A DNA stretch of 64,000 nt from Leucoraja ocellata (lineage: Eukaryota): assembly GCA_036785375.1 (NCBI GenBank), contig JAWMAR010000206.1, positions 4,154,001 through 4,218,000 of the forward strand. The letters are read 5' to 3'. Made by a program: the position numbers and the translations under genes. The notes under the pieces are model-generated. The model was given only the letters and a program-made list of their open reading frames with translations, was not told where the DNA came from and did no database searches. Below, piece after piece: positions 25,212 to 38,150 of the stretch (position 1 is its first letter; every line of letters begins with the position of its first letter).

Positions 25212-26458
25212 GCATAAGAATGGCACAAAATGTTGGAGTAACTCAGCGGGACAGGCAGCATCTCTGGAGAGAAGTAATGGGTGACGTTTCAGGTTGAGAC
25301 CCTTCTTCAGACTAAAGTCAGGGAAAAGGGAAATGCGAAATATAGACAGTGATGTAGAACAAATGAATGAAAGATGTGCTAAAAGTAACGATGATAAAGG
25401 AAGCATGCCATTGTTAGCTGTCTGCTAGGTGAGAAGAAGAAGCTGGTGTGAGTTGGGTGAGGGAGGAATAGAGAGAGAGGGAATGCAGGGGTTAATTGAA
25501 GTTAGACATATCAATATTAATACCACTGGGTTGTAAGCTGCCCAAGTGAAATATGAGATGCTGTACATCTGATTTGCGTTTACCGCACTCTGACAATGTA
25601 GGAGGCCTAGGACAGAAAAGTCAGTGAGGGAATGGGCAGGGGAATTAAAGTAAATGGCAACTAGGAGATCAGGTAGGTCCATGCGGACTGAGCGAAGATG
25701 TTCAGCGAAATGATTGCCCAGTCTACGTTTGGTCTTGAACAACGGATATAATAGATGAAGTTGGAGGAGATGCAAGTTAACCTCTGCCTAATCTGAAAGG
25801 ACTGTCGAGGTCCCTGGACAGTCAAGGTAGGAAGTACAGTATATGGACTGTGGTTGCAGGGGAAGGTACCGGGGGAGGGGGTGGTTTGGGTGGGAAGGGA
25901 TGAGTTAACCAGGGTGTTGCGGTGGGAACAGTCTCTGCAGAAGGCGGATACGGATGGAGATGGCAAGATGTGACTAGTGGTGGTATACTGTTGGAGGAGG
26001 CAAAAATGTCAGAGGATTACAGTTTGTGTTGTATGCGATGGCTGATGGGGCGAAAGGTAAGGACTAGATAGACTCTATCCCTGTTGCAAAAAGGGGAAAG
26101 GGGAGCAAGGGTGAAGCTACAGGGTACCGAGGAAACACGTGTGAGGGCGTCATCTATGATGGAAGAGTGGAACCACCATTCCCTAAAGAATGAGGACATC
26201 TTGGATGTCCTGGTATGGAACACCTCATCTTGGGCGCAGATGCGGTGTAGATGGAAGAATTGAGAGTGGGGGATAGAGTCTTTGCAGGAAGCAGTGTGTT
26301 AAGAAGTGTAGTTGAGTTAGTTGTGGTAGTCATTGAGTTTGTAATAGACGTTAGTCGATAGTCTGTCTTCTGTGATGGACACAGTGAGATCAAGAAAGGG
26401 GAGGGATGTGTCAGAGATGGTCCAAGTGAATTTGAGTGCAGGATGGAAATTGGTGGTG
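25212..26458 (-). mobile_element. Penelope-like element: degenerate RT C-terminus, GIY-YIG endonuclease and terminal repeat
   Basis: QGPRQSFQIRQRLTCISSNFIYYIRCS, TKRRLGNHFAEHLRSV and VAIYFNSPAHS motifs; pLTR ctgaagaagggtctcaacctgaaacgtc. Confidence 0.9.
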
Positions 26459-26644
26459 GTTAATAATCGATTAATCGTTAAGATTGATAATCGAGGGTCA
26501 GTTCAAAAGTATAGATGCAGAAAAAGCAAAATGTCATTGTGCTTTGTGAGATAAGCTAATTGTTATATTCAGGAGGTCTATGAAAAGTGCTGAGATAAAG
26601 AGAGGGATCAGACATCTTGGAAAAAATTCCTTAAGGCAAACAAC

Positions 26645-27140
26645 TTGATCAGTACAGATGTCAGGGTTTATGGGGCGAAGGCAGGAGAATGGGTTTGAAA
26701 AGAAAGATAGATCAACCATGATTGAATGGCAGAGTGGACTTGATGGGCTGAATGGCCTAATTCTGCTCCTACAAGTTATGAACATGAACCCGCAGGTAGT
26801 CAGATGAATCCTGGTGAGGCATACAGGATTTTCTTTAGATTTTAGACTTTAGAGATACAGCGTAGAAACAGGTTCTTCGGCCCACCGAGTCTATGCCGAC
26901 CAGCAATCACCCCGTACACTAACACTATCCTACACATTAGGGATGATTTACAAATTACAGAAACCAATTAACCTACAATCCTGAACGTCTTTGCAGTGTT
27001 TGGGGAAACCGGAGCACCCGGAGAAAACCCACGCTGTTACAGGTCAAAGGTACAAACTTCATACTGACAGCATCCATAGTGAAGATCGAACACGGGTCTC
27101 TGGCACTGTCAGGCAGCAACTGCTGAGCCATTGTGTCGCT
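26645..27140. mobile_element. CR1 3' fragment (+, ~26645-26790) and full SINE (-, ~26835-27140)
   Basis: Consensus matches to the other copies in the window. Confidence 0.85.
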
Positions 27141-27884
27141 CGTGTGGAGGAAACATTTTTTTGAAGTTTGGGTTTAATTTCCACTCGATCAATAACTGGG
27201 TGACATCGCTGTGATTACTGATGTGTTACAGCAGCCCAATCTATATATGGCACAACCTCGATATAAAACACTTCGTTGGAGCACAACTGGGTATTTAATA
27301 TCTTCCCCAAAATCAAAATTAGGTAAATGTTAGTTTCATTTAATCCAGATATATAATAACGCAGGAGTTAAAGTTGGCCCCAAAGCCTATGTCATGTCAA
27401 CATTGCACTATTTAAAAAATGTAAACATATGAATTAGAGCAGGAGAAAGCTATTTGACCCTTTGGACTTGCTCCACTATTTGATAAACCCATAAATTATT
27501 TATTTGTAACCTCAATTCCATTTTCTCATTGCAAAATTCTCATCTCCAAAATCTTATTAAAAATGGCACCATACTGTGGCGACAATTTGCCAACAGCACA
27601 ACAGCAAAGCATCAAATATAACAGTTCTGAACTTTCTTGGGTAAAAGAGACAGCACAAATCAGCTCTATAGCTGACAAGCTGCTAGTACATTTAAATGGA
27701 ATAGTGTTATTACAATCCCCTGACGGCAACAGAGTTACCGATGGCAAGGGATTTCCTGACAGCGGAGGATCGTGCTTACAGTGTGTACAGTGTGTACAGT
27801 GCCAGGAAACACCAGGGAGGCCACTGTTGGGCTTGAAAATATGGTCGATGGCACAGCCTGCCAGTATGACTGAAGCGCAAGGGA

Positions 27885-28450
27885 GTGTGAGCTTCCCTCC
27901 CTAACCTTCTGCTGGCCAATGTAATGTAGAAGGCTGCTTTATCAAAGATGGATGAGGACATGCTGTGTGCTGTGTTTCACAGAGACGAGGCTCACTCCCA
28001 GCTCCCCAAACATAGCACTCCAGCCTGAAGGTTTCTCCATTCATCTCGTGGATCGAATGGAGGCATCTGGAAAAGGGAGATGCCGTGGCATCAGCCTCAT
28101 GGTCAACTCTTTGTGGTGCACAGATGCATGGTCCTGTCCAACTCCTGCTCCTGCAACACCCAGCGGCAAAGTACCATCCCTTCTACCTCCCAAGGGAATT
28201 CACCTCCATCATCATGACCGCAGTCTACAACCCACCCCAGACAGACAATTGTCTTGCACTGGAGAAGCTGCACACCATGTGCAACAAATACCAACCGGCG
28301 TACCATCATAGTCAAAGACTTTTAGCAAAGCCAGCTTCAAGAAATCACTCCCAAACTGCCCCCAGCATATGTCCTGCAGCACCAGATGATCAAATACACA
28401 TGATGCTATTCCACCATCAAAGGCCGTGACTGAAGAGTGTGGTCCCAGTG
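27885..28450 (+). mobile_element. Rex1/Babar-like LINE AP-endonuclease fragment
   Basis: LLANV..; CCVLCFTETRLTP..QPEGFSIH.VDR..SGKGR..; PFYLPREFTSI..AVYNPPQ. Confidence 0.8.
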
Positions 28451-28574
28451 GCTGAGGACTACTTGGGAGACAGCGTATTGCTTGGTTGGTAATCAGCAAG
28501 GACCTGAACAACCTAAACCTGGTGGGCCGAAGGGCCTGTTTCCACGCTGTAACTCTAAAATCTAAAATACAATC

Positions 28575-29095
28575 TTAAGAGAGATTGGATAGATGGGGTT
28601 CATTCTCACCGGAAAGTTCATCCGGAACTGAGGATGATCTACATGGTGATTTATAAAATTGATGAGTATGATAGATATCTATGGGTCTTTTTGCCAAAGG
28701 ATATCTGACTGGTAATGTTTCCACACAGAGGGTGATAAGCAATCTGCTGAAAGAGGTGGTGGAAACAGATACAATTAATGTGTAAAAGGCATCTGAAGAG
28801 GTATCTCTGCTTGGGAAAGATATAGATGGATATGGGCATAGTGCAGGCTAATTGGATTACCATGATGGACATTAGAGTTGACATGAATAAGGTGGATTGA
28901 AAGGACCCATTTCTATGCTTCATGCTCAGAAATGTGTAGATAGCACAGGGCTTAAGGAATCAGGGGATATGGGGAGAAAGCAGGAACAGGGTACTGATTT
29001 TGGATGATCAGCCATGATCATATTGAATGTTGGTGATGCCTCGAAGGGCCGAATGGCCTATCCTGCACATATTTTCAGTTTTCTATGCTTCATGC
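28575..29095 (+). mobile_element. CR1 3' fragments
   Basis: 3'UTR near-identical to 10520-10660 at ~28935-29095. Confidence 0.75.
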
Positions 29096-29599
29096 TTCTA
29101 TAATAAATGTCAGTTTTGCAATGGAGGCCATGAGGATGGCGGGGTCATGTGGGGATGAGAACTGCATTGCCAGTCAATGCTTCAGTCCTCTGCATTGCTT
29201 GGAGATTAGATTGCAATGCCCTGCTGTGACTTCTTCAGAAACCTCCTCATAATGTTCCTGCAGATCCCCAGTTGAGGCCCTTGTCTCTCAGGCTCTGTGT
29301 CTGCAACCTATACTTCCTCCATGAATGTCTGCTGTTCTCAGATTGCCAGGTTGTGCAGCATATGGCATGAAATTATGTGAATGATCAATGGCATTTTTCA
29401 CAAAGAATTTCATACTTCATTGGCTCATGTTGGTAGTAATGTTCCACAGCTGTGAATTAGGATTTGCAGGCCAATTAGGTAGAAGTTGGAGCATAGGATT
29501 CATTCCTCTGGACAATACTCTCCAAACCAAAAATGGCTGGAAGTTTTATCTCACTGCGGATGAAAAGGTTAAATTTTCTTTCTGAAAAAGTTTCACCGA

Positions 29600-30450
29600 G
29601 TGAAACCTTATGATGATCCACAACCATTTTCTTATCAAATCCACATCACAAGAGTAGTAATTGTTCAGCCAGAGCTGAACACACTTCTCGGCATCTGCAT
29701 ACAATTGTGTCTTGTGCTTCTTGTGCGTGGTGGTGGAAAGATTGGTGGAAACAGGGCCGTGATATGAACGCACTTTCCTTGACCTCCACACCCATCTGAA
29801 AGCTGTACATATGGAAACTTTCCCCACTGATAAACTCGTCTTGGATATAAATGGTGCAGTCAGTCGCTACCTGCGTAGGTAGACAAAAGATAGATACAAA
29901 ATGCTGGAGTAACTCGCATGACAGGCAGCATCTCTGGAGAGAAGGAATGGGAGACGTTTCGGGTCGCAACTCTTCTTCAGACCCACACATTTAAAGATAG
30001 GCAGCATTGCTGTAAGATCTCTAAATCTGAGATGCCATTATTTTCTCATTATAATCAAAGTCATTAACAACATCTCTGTACATGGATGACTGGTTTAAGG
30101 CAGCAGTGCTTTGCAAAGTAGGCTCTTTGGAAAGATCCGATGTCGAGTATATTGAGTTTCAAAGTGACCTTGACTTTCCAGTCTAAGTGTGTGACCACGG
30201 GCCTGCTCATTGCATCTCACACACTTTTGTGGTGACATTCTGAAGTTACTGAGTCTGGCAATACATTGATCATCAGTGCCATCTCGGTAGGACATGAGAT
30301 TTCCGAAGATTCTTTGGAAGTAGTGTCTTTGTGGATGGATATGATTGATTATGTGTCTTGAGGGTGCCAACGTTCTCTCCATGACCTATCATTACCGTAC
30401 AGATGTCTTCAGTAATGGGTTGTAGCCAGTGGGGTAATGGCAAGGCACCC
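29600..30450 (+). mobile_element. Possible ancient non-LTR RT remnant with a Penelope fragment inserted (~29878-29985, -)
   Basis: Faint ordered RT-like motifs across frames: TFLDL..., DINGAV..YL, GSI..PLFSHY, LYMDD, FQSDLD. Confidence 0.35.
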
Positions 30451-30651
30451 ATTGAATGCCTATTCCATCCGTTAAATAACAGAAAAATCATCACATAAAG
30501 CCAAAGAGTCATACAGCTCGGAAACAGTCCTTCGGCCCAACTTTACCATGCCGCATACGCAGGTCCTCAACTGAGGGGGAACACATTCTTACAATTAGCC
30601 ATCCTAATTGGTAAACATAAATTAAACTACTCTTTAGAAAGGACCAGACAG

Positions 30652-30964
30652 GGTGGTAACATTGTGGCACAGCGGTAGAGTTGCTGCCTTTCAGCGCCAG
30701 TAGTCCCAGGTTCAATCCTGACCATGGGTGAGTGCTGTCTGTACAGAGTTTTTTGCGATCTTGCCATGACGCGTGGGTTTTCTCTGGGAGATCCAGTTTC
30801 GTCCCACATTCCAAAGATGTACACGTTTGCAGGTTAATTAGCTTTGGTAAGAATTGTAAATGGTCCCTAGTATGTAGAATACTAGGTTCCAGGTTCAGCG
30901 AGGATTTGGTGGGCTGAAGGGCCTGTTTCCACACTGCATCTAAACTAAACTAAACTAAACTAAA
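30652..30964 (+). mobile_element. Full-length HE1/V-SINE-like SINE (empty DIRS target site near 30845-30860)
   Basis: tRNA-like head, core, ttaattagctttggtaagaattgtaaatggtccc and (ctaaa)n tail. Confidence 0.9.
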
Positions 30965-31462
30965 CATGGATTTAAAAAAAATAGATTTCATGCTGCAAAC
31001 TTACCATGTTGTGTTGTCTGTCTTTTTTTACCTTTACCTTGGACATGGTGCTGATGAGCCCACAATTCATTATTGGTAAGGATATAAAGTGATTATCCCA
31101 CATTTATATGCGCTGACCAAGTCTATGTTTCTTGAAGATCAAAATAAATTAAAAGTAGGTGGTGTGTAAAATGAGCAGCTGATCTCATCATGTCAGTCTC
31201 TAGCCAGGCATTATAGATGAAAATTATCCCATCTTTGAAGCAATTTAGTAATTAGAATTTGGGACCAGGATTTTATTTCTTGTTGTGAAACGATGGATGA
31301 TTATTTCATATTCATCTGGCAGGAGGCTGGGCTGCATAAAAATAGGGCACTGCACAGAGGAAGTGCAATAGAATTGTAAAATGGTAAATTCATTGTCAAT
31401 TTGTGGATTAATCTCAAAACGTAACATCAAGGTAGCCTGGGAAGAATAATTTTATTCACAGT

Positions 31463-32071
31463 NNNNNNNNNNNNNNNNNNNNNNNNNNNNNNNNNNNNNN
31501 NNNNNNNNNNNNNNNNNNNNNNNNNNNNNNNNNNNNNNNNNNNNNNNNNNNNNNNNNNNNNNNNNNNNNNNNNNNNNNNNNNNNNNNNNNNNNNNNNNNN
31601 NNNNNNNNNNNNNNNNNNNNNNNNNNNNNNNNNNNNNNNNNNNNNNNNNNNNNNNNNNNNNNNNNNNNNNNNNNNNNNNNNNNNNNNNNNNNNNNNNNNN
31701 NNNNNNNNNNNNNNNNNNNNNNNNNNNNNNNNNNNNNNNNNNNNNNNNNNNNNNNNNNNNNNNNNNNNNNNNNNNCTCCTCTCCTGATCTCTCCCTCTCT
31801 CTCCCTCTCTCTCTCTCTCTCGCTCTCTCTCTCCCCCTCATTGTCTGTCTGTGTGTCTCTCTCTCTATCTCTGCCTGTCTGTGTCTCTATCTCTCTNNNN
31901 NNNNNNNNNNNNNNNNNNNNNNNNNNNNNNNNNNNNNNNNNNNNNNNNNNNNNNNNNNNNNNNNNNNNNNNNNNNNNNNNNNNNNNNNNNNNNNNNNNNN
32001 NNNNNNNNNNNNNNNNNNNNNNNNNNNNNNNNNNNNNNNNNNNNNNNNNNNNNNNNNNNNNNNNNNNNNNN
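31463..32071. other. Assembly gaps (N at 31463-31775 and 31897-32071) around a (CT)n-rich microsatellite
   Basis: N runs, with CT/GT low-complexity sequence at 31776-31896. Confidence 0.99.
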
Positions 32072-32782
32072 AAATGTTCTTACAATATGGCCGATATTAT
32101 AGAATAAGGGTTGTTAAGTCTGGGCGAAACTTAGAGATAGAATTGGAATGCATGTGAAAACTTGGGGAGGTGCAGTGAGGCTGAGGGGGAGCGAGGGAGA
32201 GACCTGTACACTGCAGCTGTATCAACAATCTGAAGTTTTTAACAGCTTATCTAACATATTAACATACTAATAGAAATAAGTCAAGCATTAAGTTGTGTAT
32301 TTTAATTTAACATCTCACATTTAACTATGAGAGTTACCAAATTCATGTCACGTTCATTCAGTCTGCTCATATTCAGGTGATTCCAAATCGCCCGATAAAA
32401 AGACGTTTAGACCTCCTGACAATTTGCGTGACACAGCAAGAGGGCACATGGTAGAGAAAGTGTAGGGTAGGATTAGCGTAGTAGAGAATTAGGGGTTGAG
32501 GAAAGAAGAGTGAGCTGGGGAGAGTTATAGAGTGTAATCTAAAGGGAGAATTAATGAGAATTAGTTTGGAAGTCACAGACAATTAGGGGAGTCACGCAGT
32601 GACGGGAGAAGGTGGGAGGCCCAGGGAGAGGGCAGAGATTAATAGAGAGAGAGGGCTCGAATAAGTGTTGATAGGTACTAAGCAAGCTGCAACAAGATGT
32701 GGGAAAGTCTAGAGATTTTATTGGAACGAGTGGGGAAGTTGAAGGGTGTTTGAGAGGGGAGGAGAAAGAGTACTCACATATT

Positions 32783-33141
32783 CTCCATCCTGCCATCTGG
32801 GAAGAGGTACAGGAGCATTAGCTGCAAAACCAGCAGGATGCTCCTCAGCTTCTTCCCGCAGGCTATAAGACTGATAAACGGACTTTGCCCCCTGCCAAAG
32901 TATTGCGCACCAACCACCAACCTGGACACACTGCAGCAGAGCCACTGTCGTGCCGCTGCCGATCGGAACGCCTGTTGATGTTTAGTAGAGAGTAGAGTGT
33001 TTCATTTGTTCATGATATATGTATTTTTATGTCTATTTATTTTTTACTGCACACTGACTGGACACTTGTTTTGTTTCCTCTGGGTATGTGAGTACTCAGG
33101 AAAATGACAATTAAGATATACTACTATACTATACTACTACT
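32783..33141 (+). mobile_element. Rex1-like LINE 3' end
   Basis: LPSGKRYRSISCKTSR..SFFPQAIRLIN and (tac)n tail. Confidence 0.8.
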
Positions 33142-33144
33142 CGC

Positions 33145-35330
33145 TCGGTGGTAGTAACAAATTGCTTTAAGTCTACCGATTTTGAATCGGCTATTTATTT
33201 GACATATTAATTTCACTAAACTAGTTAATAAGTCCTATATATTAATCTAATTACCAAATATTCACCTAGTATTCACTGTATAAAATTATATCTAATCTTT
33301 TGGAATTCTGGCTCTCCAGACAAATTTATTACTGACCTTCCTTTTTTTTCTATTCTGTTCTGTTCGGTCCTTTTTTAAATTATTCTGTAAGGAGCGGAGC
33401 TAATTGAAATTAACATCTATGGAAGTTTACAGGAATCATTTCACCTGGGGGTGGTATGCACCGGCAGCATGTCTATATGCTGTAATTTTTGTTGTTTTTA
33501 CTTTTCACCTTTTAGCTTGCCTACTGCACTCTTCATCTATCTTTCTTAAGGCACTTTTTCCTGGGAGATGCCCGCAGGGGATTGGAATTGGGCTCACCCA
33601 CCCAGCAACTAAAAGTCTTATTTTAAATAGTGTGCTATTCCATTTGAAACAAGGGAAACCATGTAAGCTTTAATGCAAGATGATCCTTCCAGTAAAACTG
33701 GAGGAATCACTTGTTGTAGTTGGAATGTTAGGGGCATCAATGAGCCAATTAAAAGGGGTAAGGTTTTAGCACATCTAAAATCTATTAATACTGATATAAT
33801 ATTTTTACAGGAGACACATCTTAAAGTTGGAGCTCATAACAGGCTGAAGGCTAACTGGATCGGTCAATTATATCATTCTACTTTTCCTTCTAAAGCTAGA
33901 GATACTGCAATCATAATTCGTAAAGGTACACCATTCAAACACAAAGCCACCATAGCCGATAAGGAGGGTAGGTACGTTATAGTATCTGGGGAGTTGTACT
34001 CAATCCCACTTACTATGGTGAATATCTATATCCCTAATTTTGACAACCCACAATTTTTAAATAAAATAATCAACATAATTTAAGACTCCACCCAGAAAAA
34101 TCTGATCATTGGAGGAGACTTCAATTGTGTACTGGACCAATATCTGGATAAATCTTCACAGCAAAGGAGATACAATACAAAATCAAAATCCAGTGAACTT
34201 CTAAACACTTACATAAAAAATACAAACATAACCAACGTATGGAGGATCGTTAATCCATCCAGAAGAGAATATTCTTTTTATTCAGGTGTTCACAAAACGT
34301 GTACATGTATTGATTATTTTCTGATCTAATTTTTTAAATGGTGTGATCCTTTTCCATTTTTCTCAGCTGATGTGCCAGGTTTATGCGGTTTAACACCAGA
34401 TTCAAAGTTTTTTTGCTTAGTATATTGAAATAACAATAACTTTTGCGGAGAGAATTTGATTTAACTTGAATTGTAATGCTGCTAGCATTTTCTAAATCAA
34501 GCTGTTTAAGCTGTTTTTTCTAATTCCAATTGTCCCGACCTGTTTTTTTTATTTTGATAAGCTTGATATGAAATAACAGAACCTCTAATAAAGGCCTTAA
34601 AAGGTTCCCATAATAAAGAGGCCGAAATACCAGGTGTGTCATTTGTCTCATAAAATAGTTCCATCTGTTGCTTCAGATACTCACAACAAGCTGGGTCAGT
34701 TAATATTTGTGGATTAAATCTCCAAAACATTTTTTTATTATTTAATCTTTCTAGTTTTAAGGAGAATGTTAATGAACAATGATCAGAAATAATGTTATTA
34801 TGATATTTGGGATTGATTGTAAAAGGGATCAATTTTGTAAAACTAAATTAGACCCCGATATAAAACTGATCACATTAGGTATGTCAGAGGCCTGTTCTAA
34901 GCTAACGATATTTCAAATACGTTTCCTTAATTATGGCCTAATAACGGCGAAAAAATTAATACTCAAATTTTGGAAACAGACAACAGTTCCTACAGTGAAG
35001 ATGTGGATCACAGCTATGTCCAAGACACTACATTTGGAAAACATTAGGCTTGTCTCGGCGGAAAAAAACAGATCAATTTCTTAAGACATGGAGACCCTTT
35101 ACTGAATTCTTACAACAATAGGCGGGGGGGGGGGGGGGGGGGGGGAGTGACATTATCTTTTCAATTTTTACTTATTTTATTTCTTGCCTTCACTTTCTTT
35201 CCTTTTTTCATTTTTATAATTTAGGTTATAAGGATATAAATGAAGCTGTACAGTAATTGTATAATTTTAGATGTCGTATGTTTAATCTTTGTACAATTGC
35301 TTCTAGTAAATTAAAAAAAATATTTAAAAA
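33145..35330 (+). mobile_element. L1 LINE remnant: endonuclease (+), inverted linker (~34323-34840, -), ORF2 C-terminus (+) and 3'UTR/polyA; RT missing
   Basis: SWNVRG, IFLQETH, GGDFN, IDYF on +; SDH..WRFNPQIL..LWEPFKAFIRG on -; AKKLILKFWK..PTVKMW on +; polyG tract and A-rich tail. Confidence 0.88.
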
Positions 35331-35504
35331 TGTATGAAACGGCAATGATATGGGCTACCTTATCTGGACGGTGTCAACCTTTTTGAATGCTGTGCTGACA
35401 AGTGGAGAGTATTATGTCATCTTCCTTAATTCTGATTTGAATTATCAGTGGTTGAATCACTAACTCTGTGATATTCAACCTTTTACTTGCTCTGCTATAG
35501 TCAC

Positions 35505-36405
35505 TGCCTCGCATTGTCAGACACTCGGTTTGATCATGACCATGAGTGCATGGAGTTTCCACATTCTTCCTGTGACCATGTGGCTTTCCTCAAGATCCTC
35601 AGTTTCCTCGCACAACTCAAAGATGTGCAAGTTGGTCATAAATTGGCCTCAGCAAATTGCCCGTAGTTATGTAGGTGAATAGTAGAATCTGCATGACTAT
35701 TATTTAATGAGAATGTGATATAAGATTAATATCGATAGGAGGTTGATAATCAGCAAGGACTCAATGAATCAAAAGGCTTATTTCCGTGCTGTATTTTACT
35801 CTACGCAAGTAATCCTTTTCCGGTACAGTCCTGCTTGAATTCTCTCTCATCCCACTGCTCTCTTCCGCCATCCACTCCGTGAACTCAACCTTTAAAAATC
35901 ACCCTTTTCCATGTTCTTCCCTCTATCCTACAGAGGAAAGCATGGCACCTTTTATCTCAGTGTAACAGTATAGTGAAGGATGGGGTGGGGAGTGGGTGGT
36001 GGGCCCTCATTATACTGGTGTAGTCTTCCTGGCAGCTATGCTTTAATGTGTATTTTAAGACAAATTTCATTGTCTGGGTCATGGTCGTTTGCTGAGAACA
36101 ATTTCTCCAACTTCCTTTTATCTCCTAATATTTTGTGCTATACTCTGAGCCCTGCTTATTATTCCACTTTAGACTTTAGACAAGCCCGGCGGCCCACCGA
36201 GTCCACGATAACCAGTGATCACCCCGTACACCAGCACTAGCACTATCCTACACTCTGGGTATAACCTACAATTTTACTATGGCCAATTTACCAACCAACC
36301 TGTATGTCCCATGCAGTCACTGGAAGAACCTACAAACTCCGTGCAGTCATAACCCGTGTGTCTGGCGCTGTAAGACAGCAGCTCGACTGCTGCGCCACTG
36401 TGCCG
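35505..36405. mobile_element. Two degenerate SINE copies (~35505-35800 +; ~36165-36405 -)
   Basis: Consensus motifs. Confidence 0.65.
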
Positions 36406-36744
36406 CCTTGATGTACTTCAAGAGGTATGCATATAGAAGCACCCATATGGGAAAACAACTGGTTTGTACTAAATCCATGATCATTAAATGTCTCAGAGTA
36501 CAGGAAGGCCTTTTAAATTAAAGCAACTATACAAATCAGGAAACATTTGTCGGATTATAGCAACATTCAGAAAAAAAACAGCTAGCAGCTAATCTACACT
36601 TAATTGAAAATGTTGTAAATTGCACTCGTGGAAAGTCCTTGTGATATCAGATACAGATTCAGATTAGTTTTTTGTTATTTTCACCAGGGTACAATGGAAT
36701 TCCTTGTTCGCATGCAGCTCATAGAGTAAATAGTGCACTTATAT

Positions 36745-37145
36745 CTCCAGGTCCGGTCGGGGGGAGTTCCCCCTGCCACGGGTACCATGTAATCCTGCAC
36801 TACCTGCTCCATGGTCGGATAGTTGGTGACTAAACAGTGTCCCCCACCTGATTTTCCAGGTGAGGAGGGGGCTGTGGACCCCCAGCAGGATTAAAAACAA
36901 GACCTGTCAAAGGACGGATGAGCTTCTAGCGAGCCGACGGCCATGCACACTTCAGTAGAAGTTGCGATCATTGTCGAACATAGCATTGTAAGGAATGATG
37001 ATAAAGCACACACACCAAAATCCTTTACTTCCAGCGGCGGAAGTCCGCAGGAACTGGAGGACAGAGATGTGCAGAGTGTCCGTCACAGTTCCCATTGGAA
37101 ACCAGCACCACTGCATCGCTAATGTTTTCAACGATGATGAATGAA
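36745..37145 (+). mobile_element. Unclassified GC-rich structured short retroposon (possibly RTE-related) inside a Rex1-like tail
   Basis: Sharp GC shift, several hairpins and a gatgatgaatgaa tail. Confidence 0.4.
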
Positions 37146-37329
37146 TTATAGTAATGATAAATATGAAAATAAATACCATGATGAGTGCAGAAGAGCAGAA
37201 TGGTGCAAAGATTGGAATGTAATCTAAAGTAGTGTAAAAAAGTAAAGTACAGTAAATTAAGAATAAGACTACATTACAACACCTCTTGGAAGGGGGTGTA
37301 AAAGAGGTGATGGTTCAGGAATCTATTAG

Positions 37330-38150
37330 CAGTGGGGACATCTGGGCTAGTAAGCTCCTGTATCTTCTCCCAGAAGGTAGAAGAGACAAAGGGAATGGCC
37401 AGAGTGATGGGAACGCTTGACGTTACTTCCGGCCTTCCTGATGCAATGGATGTGGAGGCTTTGGAAAAGGTCCAGAGGAGGTTTAGCAGAATGATGCCTG
37501 GATTGGAGGGATTTAGCTACAGAGAGAGGTTAGACAAACTGGGATTGTTTTCTCTAGAGGGGGAGATCTGATAGGGGTATATAAACGTATGAGAGGCATA
37601 GATAGGGGAGACAGTCAGAACTTTTTTTCCAGGATTGAAAAATCAAATACCAGAGGGCATAACGTTAAGGAGAGAGGGACAAAGTTTAAAGTTTGTGAAG
37701 CAACTTACTTTACAAAGAGGCTGGTGAGTGTCTGGAATGCGGTGTTGGGCTTGGTGGTTGAGGCAGATGCAATAGTGGCATTGTAGATAGGGACATGGAT
37801 ATGCAGGGAATGGAGAGATATGGATTATGTACAGTTAGATAAGAGATGGTCTTGGCATCATGTTCAGCACTGACATTGTGGGAAAAAGGGCCTTTGCCCT
37901 TTGCCCATTGCTACAGTGCACTATGTTCTAACGTACTGTGAGGTGGTGAGCAGGGGAGGAAGTGACAAGCCTATGATGGATTGGGCTGTGTTCCCCACTC
38001 TTGGTGGGTTCAGGCAGTCAAGAGCAGAGCAGTTTCCAAACCAGGCTGAGATGCATCCCATCTGAATTCCAACTATACCATGTCTATAGAAGTTCAAGAG
38101 AATCCACATGGACATGCTGAATCTTCTCAAACACTAAAGAAAGTACATAC
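37330..38150. mobile_element. Rex1-like fragment (-) interrupted by a CR1 3' fragment (+, ~37440-37930)
   Basis: LEKVQRRFSRMMPGL on +; NFYR..CISAWFGNCSA on -. Confidence 0.75.

Noticed and set aside
31452-32107. ORFs containing long X runs
   Set aside because: Artefacts of assembly gaps.
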